From an uncultured Candidatus Rokubacteria bacterium (GTDB lineage: Bacteria > Methylomirabilota > Methylomirabilia > Rokubacteriales > DASRDR01): DNA of 64,000 nucleotides. Of the stretch, positions 29,748 through 39,496 are shown piece by piece. Location: contig CAWDVE010000017.1 in assembly GCA_963805625.1 (NCBI GenBank), positions 416,001 to 480,000 of the forward strand. Direction: 5' to 3'. Under the pieces are notes generated by a model. The model saw only the letters and a list, made by a program, of their open reading frames with translations, was not told the origin of the DNA and searched no databases. Position numbers and translations under genes: made by a program. Position 1 is the first letter of the stretch; each line of letters opens with the position of its first letter.

Positions 29748-32700
29748 ATGAGGTACCGCGCGTGGGCCGTGCTGGGGTTGCTTCTCCTCGGTCTCTCGGG
29801 ATCAGTCGGCGAGGCTGCGCCGCCTGACCGCGTCCCGCCCGATATCCGGCAACGGGTTCAGACCGCGGGGAGCGTCCGGATCCTCGTGCGGTTCCACCTG
29901 CCCGGCGGGGCCTATGTTACCGAGGGGTTCCTGCCCCCGGCCGGCGTCTCCCGGCAGCGGCAGGAGTTGCTCGCGGTGCAGTCCAAGCTCGTGTCTCGGC
30001 TGCAAGGTCGCCAACACTCGGTCCTCCGCCAATACCAGACCGTGCCGCTGCTCGCGCTGGAGGTGGGCCCGGACGCCCTCACCGAGCTCGAAGCCTCGTT
30101 CGAGGTCGACGCCATCTTCGAGGATCGCCTCCGGGTGCCGCATCTCAGCGACAGTGTCCCCCTGATCGAGGGCGACCTCGCATGGGCCAACGGCTTCGAC
30201 GGAACCGGCACCGTGGTCGCCATCCTCGACACCGGAGTGCAGCGTTCGCACCCGTTCCTCACGGGCAAGGTCGTGGAGGAAGCGTGCTACTCGAGCACCA
30301 TCCCGGGGCAGAGCAAGACCGTCTGCCCGAACGGCAAAGAGGAGCAGACCGGAACCAACTCCGCGCGGCCCTGCTCCCTGCCGGAGTGCTTCCACGGCAC
30401 GCATGTCGCCGGTGTCGTTGCGGGGAACGGCGCCGGAGCGGGCGTGTCTTTCTCGGGGGTCGCGAAGGGCGCGCAGCTCATGGCCATCCAAGTGTTCTCG
30501 AAGATCACGAGCGCGTCCCTCTGCGGTGGCACCGCGCCGTGCCTCGGGGCCTGGGAGTCGGACATCATCGCCGGCCTGGAGCGCGTGTATGAACGGCGCA
30601 CGGCGCGCAACTTCGTCGCGGCCAACCTGAGCCTCGGCGGGGATCTGTTCACGGAGCCCTGCCCCACCGACGTCCACAAGCCGATCATCGATAACTTGCG
30701 AGCGGTGGGGATCGCGACCATTGTGGCGTCCGGGAACGATGGGTCCACGAACGCCATCGCGGCCCCGGCCTGCGTGCCCTCGGCGGTGAGCGTGGGCTCG
30801 ACCGGGATGACCGACGAGGTCTCGTGGTTCTCGAACGTCGCGTCGTTCCTGACCCTGTTCGCCCCCGGTGAATCGATCACATCGTCCTATTCGGGTGGCG
30901 GGTTCATCACGGCGGATGGGACCTCCGCCGCGACACCTCACGTCTCCGGTGCGTGGGCCGTCCTCAAGCAGGCGGCGCCGACCGCGACCGTGGACGAGAT
31001 CCTGGACGCCCTGGTCTCCACGGGCCTCCCGGTGACGGAAGTCATCAGCGGCCTGAGCAAGCCGCGCATTCGCGTGTTCCAGGCGCTCGCCGCCCTCACC
31101 ACGACCCCCTTGATCGGGACCATCACGCCGCCGCGCGGAGGCCAGGGCGAGACGCTGGATGTCACGATCGCCGGCGCGAACTTCCAGAGTGGCGCCACGG
31201 TGAGCTTCGAGGCGGGGGTGGACGTGACGGCGGTGGCGGTGTCCTCGGACACGGAGATCGTGGCGACGCTGAGCATTCCGATGAGCGCCACCCTCGGGCC
31301 GCGCACTGTCACGGTCACCAACCCTGACTCCAGCTCGGCCACGCGGGTCGGCGCCTTCACGGTCACCTTGCCGCCTCCCCACATGACGCTCGTGTGGAAC
31401 GGGAAGATCCGGGACCGGGTGGGGCCGAGCGAGGGGGCGCCGGCTCCGGACGGGGCGCTGGACGGGACGCTGACGGCGACGATGACGGGCGGGGCGCGGA
31501 CGGTGCGCCAGCTGGTGCTAGTGGCGAGCGGCGGGGGCACGGGGCAGTGGAACACGGTGCCGAACGACGGTTACTGGATCCTGGGGGCCGCGGCGGGGTG
31601 GGACACGGCGACCCTGAACGCCACGAACGGCTCGGTGAACTTCGCGGTGGCGGACGGCGGGAGCTTCGCGGTGTTCGCGACGGACTGGTACAACGGGAAG
31701 TTCGTGGCGGGGACGACGCTGAGGCTGACGGCGACGTTCACGGACGACACGGTGGCGACGGCGAGCGCGGTCGTGCCGGTGGTGCCGACGGTGACGGGGA
31801 TGACCCCGTCGGGCGGGGAGCAGGGCGCGACGGTGTCGGTGACGGTCACCGGGACGAACTTCCAGAGCGGGGCGACGCTGAGCGTGGGGGCGGGGGTGGC
31901 GGTGACGAGCATGTCGGTGCCGTCGGCCACGCAGCTGCTGGCGACGCTGGCGATCGCCGTCGACGCGGCGGTGGGGCCACGGGACGTGACGGTGACGAAC
32001 CCGGGCGGGGGGAGCGCGACCTGGGTCGGGGGGTTCGGGGTGACGGCACCGGGGGTGCCGCCGCCGCCGCCCCCACCGCCGCCGGGCATGACGCTCGTGT
32101 GGAACGGGAAGATCCGGGACCGGGTGGGGCCGAGCGAGGGGGCGCCGGCTCCGGACGGGGCGCTGGACGGGACGCTGACGGCGACGATGACGGGCGGGGC
32201 GCGGACGGTGCGCCAGCTGGTGCTAGTGGCGAGCGGCGGGGGCACGGGGCAGTGGAACACGGTGCCGAACGACGGTTACTGGATCCTGGGGGCCGCGGCG
32301 GGGTGGGACACGGCGACCCTGAACGCCACGAACGGCTCGGTGAACTTCGCGGTGGCGGACGGCGGGAGCTTCGCGGTGTTCGCGACGGACTGGTACAACG
32401 GGAAGTTCGTGGCGGGGACGACGCTGAGGCTGACGGCGACGTTCACGGACGACACGGTAGCGACGGCGAGCGCGGTCGTGCCGGTGGTGCCGACGGTGAC
32501 GGGGATGACCCCGTCGGGCGGGGAGCAGGGCGCGACGGTGTCGGTGACGGTCACCGGGACGAACTTCCAGAGCGGGGCGACGCTGAGCGTGGGGGCGGGG
32601 GTGGCGGTGACGAGCATGTCGGTGCCGTCGGCCACGCAGCTGCTGGCGACGCTGGCGATCGCCGTCGACGCGGCGGTGGGGCCACGGGACGTGACGGTGA

Positions 32701-33896
32701 CGAACCCGGGCGGGGGGAGCGCGACCTGGGTCGGGGGGTTCGGGGTGACGGCACCGGGGGTGCCGCCGCCGCCGCCCCCACCGCCGCCGGGCATGACGCT
32801 CGTGTGGAACGGGAAGATCCGGGACCGGGTGGGGCCGAGCGAGGGGGCGCCGGCTCCGGACGGGGCGCTGGACGGGACGCTGACGGCGACGATGACGGGC
32901 GGGGCGCGGACGGTGCGCCAGCTGGTGCTAGTGGCGAGCGGCGGGGGCACGGGGCAGTGGAACACGGTGCCGAACGACGGTTACTGGATCCTGGGGGCCG
33001 CGGCGGGGTGGGACACGGCGACCCTGAACGCCACGAACGGCTCGGTGAACTTCGCGGTGGCGGACGGCGGGAGCTTCGCGGTGTTCGCGACGGACTGGTA
33101 CAACGGGAAGTTCGTGGCGGGGACGACGCTGAGGCTGACGGCGACGTTCACGGACGACACGGTAGCGACGGCGAGCGCGGTCGTGCCGGTGGTGCCGACG
33201 GTGACGGGGATGACCCCGTCGGGCGGGGAGCAGGGCGCGACGGTGTCGGTGACGGTCACCGGGACGAACTTTCAGAGCGGGGCGACGCTGAGCGTGGGGG
33301 CGGGGGTGGCGGTGACGAGCATGTCGGTGCCGTCGGCCACGCAGCTGCTGGCGACGCTGGCGATCGCCGTCGACGCGGCGGTGGGGCCACGGGACGTGAC
33401 GGTGACGAACCCGGGCGGGGGGAGCGCGACCTGGGTCGGGGGGTTCGGGGTGACGGCACCGGGGGTGCCGCCGCCGCCGCCCCCACCGCCGCCGGGCATG
33501 ACGCTCGTGTGGAACGGGAAGATCCGGGACCGGGTGGGGCCGAGCGAGGGGGCGCCGGCTCCGGACGGGGCGCTGGACGGGACGCTGACGGCGACGATGA
33601 CGGGCGGGGCGCGGACGGTGCGCCAGCTGGTGCTAGTGGCGAGCGGCGGGGGCACGGGGCAGTGGAACACGGTGCCGAACGACGGTTACTGGATCCTGGG
33701 GGCCGCGGCGGGGTGGGACACGGCGACCCTGAACGCCACGAACGGCTCGGTGAACTTCGCGGTGGCGGACGGCGGGAGCTTCGCGGTGTTCGCGACGGAC
33801 TGGTACAACGGGAAGTTCGTGGCGGGGACGACGCTGAGGCTAACGGCGACGTTCACGGACGACACGGTAGCGACGGCGAGTGTGGTCGTGCAGTGA
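29748..33896 (+). CDS. secreted S8 subtilisin-like serine protease with prodomain, IPT/TIG-like domains and repeated C-terminal modules (1382 aa)
   Basis: GGGAGG RBS, signal peptide, catalytic triad AILDTG / HGTHVAG / GTSAATPHVSG, then Ig-like and tandem repeat domains. Confidence 0.9.
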   Translation: MRYRAWAVLGLLLLGLSGSVGEAAPPDRVPPDIRQRVQTAGSVRILVRFHLPGGAYVTEGFLPPAGVSRQRQELLAVQSKLVSRLQGRQHSVLRQYQTVPLLALEVGPDALTELEASFEVDAIFEDRLRVPHLSDSVPLIEGDLAWANGFDGTGTVVAILDTGVQRSHPFLTGKVVEEACYSSTIPGQSKTVCPNGKEEQTGTNSARPCSLPECFHGTHVAGVVAGNGAGAGVSFSGVAKGAQLMAIQVFSKITSASLCGGTAPCLGAWESDIIAGLERVYERRTARNFVAANLSLGGDLFTEPCPTDVHKPIIDNLRAVGIATIVASGNDGSTNAIAAPACVPSAVSVGSTGMTDEVSWFSNVASFLTLFAPGESITSSYSGGGFITADGTSAATPHVSGAWAVLKQAAPTATVDEILDALVSTGLPVTEVISGLSKPRIRVFQALAALTTTPLIGTITPPRGGQGETLDVTIAGANFQSGATVSFEAGVDVTAVAVSSDTEIVATLSIPMSATLGPRTVTVTNPDSSSATRVGAFTVTLPPPHMTLVWNGKIRDRVGPSEGAPAPDGALDGTLTATMTGGARTVRQLVLVASGGGTGQWNTVPNDGYWILGAAAGWDTATLNATNGSVNFAVADGGSFAVFATDWYNGKFVAGTTLRLTATFTDDTVATASAVVPVVPTVTGMTPSGGEQGATVSVTVTGTNFQSGATLSVGAGVAVTSMSVPSATQLLATLAIAVDAAVGPRDVTVTNPGGGSATWVGGFGVTAPGVPPPPPPPPPGMTLVWNGKIRDRVGPSEGAPAPDGALDGTLTATMTGGARTVRQLVLVASGGGTGQWNTVPNDGYWILGAAAGWDTATLNATNGSVNFAVADGGSFAVFATDWYNGKFVAGTTLRLTATFTDDTVATASAVVPVVPTVTGMTPSGGEQGATVSVTVTGTNFQSGATLSVGAGVAVTSMSVPSATQLLATLAIAVDAAVGPRDVTVTNPGGGSATWVGGFGVTAPGVPPPPPPPPPGMTLVWNGKIRDRVGPSEGAPAPDGALDGTLTATMTGGARTVRQLVLVASGGGTGQWNTVPNDGYWILGAAAGWDTATLNATNGSVNFAVADGGSFAVFATDWYNGKFVAGTTLRLTATFTDDTVATASAVVPVVPTVTGMTPSGGEQGATVSVTVTGTNFQSGATLSVGAGVAVTSMSVPSATQLLATLAIAVDAAVGPRDVTVTNPGGGSATWVGGFGVTAPGVPPPPPPPPPGMTLVWNGKIRDRVGPSEGAPAPDGALDGTLTATMTGGARTVRQLVLVASGGGTGQWNTVPNDGYWILGAAAGWDTATLNATNGSVNFAVADGGSFAVFATDWYNGKFVAGTTLRLTATFTDDTVATASVVVQ
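31383..33890 (+). repeat. 705-bp (235-aa) tandem repeat, about 3.6 near-identical copies
   Basis: Unit starts (ATGACGCTCGTGTGGAAC) at 31383, 32088, 32793 and 33498; only a few mostly synonymous differences. Confidence 0.97.
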
Positions 33897-33927
33897 GCGA
33901 GGCGCCTCGGCGGCGGCCTTTGGCCGA

Positions 33928-34326
33928 GTGTTGAACCGTCGCCAGGTGCTTGTTGGCGGGGCCGTCCTTGTTCTCCTGTCCGGGGAGAGAAGCGTGGCCT
34001 GGGCCGAAACGCCGGTGATCGATCCCGAGGTCCGAGCCGCTGTCGCGCGCGGTCCCGCGCGTGTACTCGTCGAGCTCCGGCTGCCTGACCCCTCGGCTGC
34101 CAGCCCGGGCGTCGGGTCGGCGCGGGGGCCGGCGATCGCGACGGCTCGCGAAGCAGTCCTCAAGCGCCTGTCGGGAACGCTCCACCGGCTCGTGCGTCAG
34201 TACACGAGCACCCCCCTGCTCGCCCTCGAGATCGGCCCGGACGCTCTCCGGGCCCTCGAGGCGATGGGTGACTTGGTGGTCCGCGTGCGCGCGGAGCAGG
34301 TCCGTGCGCCGGCCGCACCCCGCTAG
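33928..34326 (+). CDS. stand-alone subtilase prodomain-like (inhibitor I9-like) protein with Tat signal
   Basis: MLNRRQVLVGG..AWA twin-arginine signal; RQYTSTPLLALEIGPDALRALEA matches the protease prodomain RQYQTVPLLALEVGPDALTELEA. Confidence 0.75.
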   Translation: MLNRRQVLVGGAVLVLLSGERSVAWAETPVIDPEVRAAVARGPARVLVELRLPDPSAASPGVGSARGPAIATAREAVLKRLSGTLHRLVRQYTSTPLLALEIGPDALRALEAMGDLVVRVRAEQVRAPAAPR

Positions 34327-34402
34327 CGCCGCCCGAGTGTGGCGCCTCTTCCCTTTGGCCTTCCGGCAGGGCGACTGCTCTGTGGGGCGGGTCGCAGGCG
34401 GG

Positions 34403-34512
34403 AGGCCTCCGGCGTTCACATGCGCGGCGAGCCCATAGATCGCGGGTAAGAGACGAGCCACGAGCTCCGTCACGATGTTCTGCCCCTCGACATAGCCGAG
34501 CTCCCGCATTCC
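34403..34512 (-). pseudogene. heavily deleted remnant of an ABC transporter substrate-binding protein
   Basis: GMRELGYVEGQNIVTE fused directly to RLLPAIYG..HVNAGGL; these motifs are normally far apart in this family. Confidence 0.5.
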
Positions 34513-34760
34513 TTGGTGCCGTGGACGGCACGAGCCTCCAGGCATCCTCCCCGTCGCCGCGGCTGGAGAGCCATGTCCGAGCGCGCTGCCGCCCCCCCGG
34601 GCCGCATCCTACGCCAGGGTCCATGGGGTTCCCACGGCCGGTTGCGGACTGGTTGCAGCTCTGCCACGCTCCGGCGCGTTCGATCACTCCTGCGTGCTGC
34701 AGCTGGCCGGCACTTCTGTCTCACGTTTCGTTCCGGTAGAATGACCGGACGAGTTCTGGC

Positions 34761-35852
<1,092 letters not shown>

Positions 35853-35864
35853 CGAGCGGCGCCG

Positions 35865-38290
35865 GTGAGGATCCCGTACCGCTGGCTCCGGGAGTTCGTC
35901 GACACGGGGGCCGAGCCGCGCGCCGTCGCCGAGCGGCTGACGATGGCCGGGATCGAGACTGGCCTGGTCGCCGAGGGCGCCTCGGAGCTCGGCGGCCTGG
36001 TCGTGGCCGAGGTGCTCGACGTGGCCCCGCACGCCGCAGGCGGAACGCTCCGGGTCTGCGAAGTGTCGACCGGGGCGGAGCGCTACCGCGTGGTGTGCGG
36101 CGCGCCGAACGTCCGGGCGGGAGTGCGAGCGGCCTTCGCCCCCCCGGGAGCGGCGCTCCCCGGTGGCCGGCGGGTTGCGGTCGCCACCATCCGGGGCATC
36201 GCGTCCGAGGGGATGCTCTGCTCGGAGGCGGAGCTGGGCGTCGGGCCTGACGCGAGTGGCATCCTGCTCCTGGGCGCCGACGCGCCCGTGGGTGCCGACC
36301 TGGTTGGCCACCTGGGTCTCGACGATGCGATCCTCGAGGTCGAGGTGACGCCGAATCGGCCCGACTGCCTGGCCATCGTCGGGGTCGCCCGCGAAGTGGC
36401 CGCGCTGACCGGCGGCCGCCTCCGGCCCGCGGACTGCGCGGCCCGCGAGGACCCGGCCGTGACGACGGCTGGCTGGCGGATCACCATCGAGGATCCGGAT
36501 CTCTGCCCCCGCTACGCGGCGCGGCTCGTCACCGGCGTCACGGTCGCCCCGTCCCCGGCCTGGCTCGCCCAGCGCCTTCGCGCGGCCGGGCTCCGCCCGA
36601 TCAACAACGTCGTCGACGTGACGAACTACGTGCTCTGGGAGCTGGGACACCCGCTTCACGCGTTCGATGGCGACCTCCTGACGGACCGCCACGTCGTGGT
36701 CCGCCGGGCCCGCCCCGGCGAGACCGTCGTGACCCTGGACGGGCAGAGTCGGGCGCTCGGCGATCAGATGCTCGTGATCGCCGACGCGGCGCGTGCCGTG
36801 GCGGTGGCCGGGGTCATGGGTGGCGCCAACACCGAGGTGCGAGACACGACCCGCACGGTGCTGCTCGAGAGCGCGTACTTCGCGCCCGGCTCGATCCGCC
36901 GCACCGCGAAGGCGCTCGGCCTTTCCACCGAGGCCTCCTATCGCTTCGAGCGGGGCGCGGACATCGAGGGGCTCAGGGACGCGCTGGATCGCGCCGCGCA
37001 GCTGATCGCCGAGCTGGGCGGGGGTCAGGTCGCGACCGGCGTGCTCGACGCCTACCCCGCGCCTCGCCGGCCGCTGGCGGTGCCGCTTCGCCTGGAGCGC
37101 ATCCAGCGGGTCGTCGGCGCGTGCCCGCCCGGGGCGGCCGTCGCCGACATTCTGCGGGGCCTGGGGTTCCCGGCGACGGAGCGCGAGGGCGGCTTCGAGG
37201 TCGTGGTCCCCGCCTTCCGGCGCGACGTCGCCATCGAGGACGACCTCGTGGAGGAGATCGCGCGCGTCTGGGGCTACGAGAATATCCCCTCGACGCTCCC
37301 GTCCGGGGCCCTGGCCCTCACGCGCCGGCCACGCCACATGGTCGCGCGGGACACCGTGCGCCGCGTTCTCACCGGCGCGGGCTGCCACGAGACCGTCTCG
37401 CTGTCGCTGACCGATCCCGCGCACCTTCGCCATCTCGATCTCTCGCCGGACGACCCCCGCGTCGTCCGGCTCCAGAACCCGCTGGCGACGGACCGGTCCG
37501 TGATGCGCCCGACCCTCCTCTTCGGCCTTCTGGAGGCGCTCGCGACAAACGTACGCCGCCAGACGCCCGACGTGCGGCTCTTCGAGATCGGGCGCGTGTT
37601 CGAGGGGCGCGGGGCAGGGGTCCTGCCCCGAGAGGACACCCGCGTCGGCGTCGTGCTGACGGGGCTCCGCGCCCCGCGCGCCTGGCACACGTCCCGCGCG
37701 CGGGTCGACGTCTTCGACGCGAAGGGCGCCGCGGAGGGCGTCGTCGAAGCGCTGGGGCGGGGCGAGGTCAGCGCCGAGCCCGCGACGGCGCCGTACCTCG
37801 AGGACGGGCGCGCTGCCACGGTCGTGGTTCAGGGCGTGCCCGTCGGAGTCATGGGCGAGCTCCACCCGGACGTCCAGAAGGCGTTCGACCTGTCGATGCC
37901 GGTCTTCGTCGTGGAGCTGTCGCTCGACGCAATCGAGGCTCTGCCCGGCCGCGTGATCCAGTACCGGCCTCTCGCCCGGCACCCGGGAGTCCAGCGGGAC
38001 CTGGCGGTGGTCGTCCCCGTCGGTGTGCGGGCGGCCGAGGTTGGGCGTGCGATCGAGGCGATCCGGCCACCGTGGCTCAAGCGGGTGGCCCTCTTCGACG
38101 TCTACGAGGGTGTGCAGGTCGGGTCCGGCCGGAAGAGCCTCGCCTATGCCCTCCTCTACCAGGCCGACGATCGGACGCTCACCGACGCGGAGGTCAACCG
38201 GGCGCATGGCGAGGTGGTGGAGCAGCTCCGGGTCGAGCTTGGCGCCGAGGTGCGGGGTGCGGACGGGTCCGGGGGGGAGATGCCGAATGA
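35865..38290 (+). CDS. pheT: phenylalanine--tRNA ligase beta subunit (apparent read-through to 38642 from a frameshift in G7 at 38271-38277)
   Basis: VCGAPNV, TPNRPDC, NNVVDVTNY, SYRFERG, FEIGRVF, FDX-ACB end (KSLAY..LTDAEV). One extra G gives a TGA at 38288-38290 overlapping the next ATG. Confidence 0.93.
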
Positions 38291-38574
38291 CCGAAGACGC
38301 CCAGGCGCGACTGGCCCTCCTCGAGCAGCACGTTCAACGGGCGATCGAGCTGATCAGCACCCTTCGTGCGGAGAACGCTCGGCTCGCCACGGAGCGTCGA
38401 GGCCTGGACGCCCGGGTGGCCGATCTCACGGTCGAGGCGGAGGGGCTCCGCACCCGGCTCGAGGTCATTGGTCGGCTCGAGGCGGAGCAGCGGCGCCTCC
38501 TCGAGGAGCGCCGGCAGCTGCTCGGCCAAGTGGAGGGGATCCTGAAGGACCTCGCCCGGATCGAGGGACTCTGA
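38287..38574 (+). CDS. ZapB-like coiled-coil cell division protein
   Basis: Heptad-rich 95-aa ORF (LEQHVQRAIELISTLRAEN) immediately before zapA. Confidence 0.75.
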   Translation: MTEDAQARLALLEQHVQRAIELISTLRAENARLATERRGLDARVADLTVEAEGLRTRLEVIGRLEAEQRRLLEERRQLLGQVEGILKDLARIEGL

Positions 38575-38638
38575 CGGGTCCTGACGTGATCGCCCCGCGG
38601 TGGCCAGGTGATCACCGGATAATCAAAGGAGGTGGCCC

Positions 38639-38944
38639 ATGACCGAGGGGCGCGCGGATGTCGAGATCCTGGGTCAGCGGCTGTCCGTCCGCGGGCGGGG
38701 AACACCCGAGTACATCCACGAGCTGGCCGAGTATCTGAACGGACGGATCCAGACCGTGCGGGACCAGGCCCGGGTGTTTGACCCGTTGCGGCTCTCGCTC
38801 CTGGCCGGTCTTCACGTCGTGGACGAGCTGTACCGGTGTCGCGAGACGGAGGGCGGGCGCGGGACGGACGCCCAGTTGCTGGTGCGGGTGGACCGGTTGA
38901 CGGAGCAGCTGGGAGCCGTCCTGGACGGCCGCGCCGGGGCTTGA
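38639..38944 (+). CDS. zapA: cell division protein ZapA
   Basis: VEILGQRLSV..YIHELAEYLNGRI..LLAGLHVVDEL; AAGGAGGT RBS; synteny with 6S RNA and rny. Confidence 0.88.
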   Translation: MTEGRADVEILGQRLSVRGRGTPEYIHELAEYLNGRIQTVRDQARVFDPLRLSLLAGLHVVDELYRCRETEGGRGTDAQLLVRVDRLTEQLGAVLDGRAGA

Positions 38945-38987
38945 CGGGGGCCTGCGCCCGCGGGCCTAATAATGGTTGGGCACGCGC

Positions 38988-39164
38988 TTCCCTGCGCTGT
39001 GCGTGATGTGAGGCGACGGTTGCGAGCCTAGTATCGTGAACGGGAGTCCTCCCGCGCGAGCGGTGAGCGGCCCCTCGCGAGAGGGGAAGCCTAAGGCCGC
39101 GCATTGGGCTCCCACCTGGTAGAGCCAGGTTCGAACCAGCCAAGCACACGGCAGAGGCGGGGAA
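38988..39164 (+). ncRNA. ssrS: 6S RNA
   Basis: Long irregular hairpin TTCCCTGCGCTGTGCGTG...CACACGGCAGAGGCGGGGAA with CCCACCTGGTAGAGCCAGGTTC; canonical position after zapA. Confidence 0.85.
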
Positions 39165-39171
39165 CTTTCCG

Positions 39172-39208
39172 GATGGGCGGGACCCGAGCGTCCCGCCCGT
39201 CGTGTTTT
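39172..39208 (+). terminator. intrinsic terminator of 6S RNA
   Basis: GATGGGCGGGAC/GTCCCGCCCGTC stem followed by GTGTTTT. Confidence 0.7.
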
Positions 39209-39377
39209 GACCCCGATGGTCGCGACGGATTCCGGCGCCCCCCGACGCTTGGCGCGCCGATCGGTGGCGGCGTCGTAACGATCGATCGTGTTGCCCATCG
39301 TCACAGGTCCGCGCCCGCCCCGGGACGTCCCGCCTGATGCGCTATGTTGACCAGGGCCAGCCGGGAAGCGACTCGCC

Positions 39378-39406
39378 TTGACACCGAGTGGCAAACAGCC
39401 TAATGT
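39378..39406 (+). promoter_or_regulatory. sigma70-type promoter of the rny operon
   Basis: TTGACA, 17 bp spacer, TAATGT. Confidence 0.65.
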
Positions 39407-39496
39407 TGAGCGGATTTAGACCGGATTCCTCATGATTGAGAGAGGGCATTCCGCGTCGGCTCGGACCCCGGCCACCGGCCGGTGGGCTGAGAGGAG

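Noticed and set aside
31383-33890. CRISPR array or DGR template/variable repeat
   Set aside because: Units are 705 bp, contiguous and in-frame coding, with no spacers. There are no cas or reverse transcriptase genes, and the few differences are nearly all silent.
31394-33934. 846-aa alternative-frame ORF in the repeat region
   Set aside because: Low-complexity Gly/Arg/Asp product caused by stop-codon scarcity in G-rich repeats; a shadow of the protease frame.
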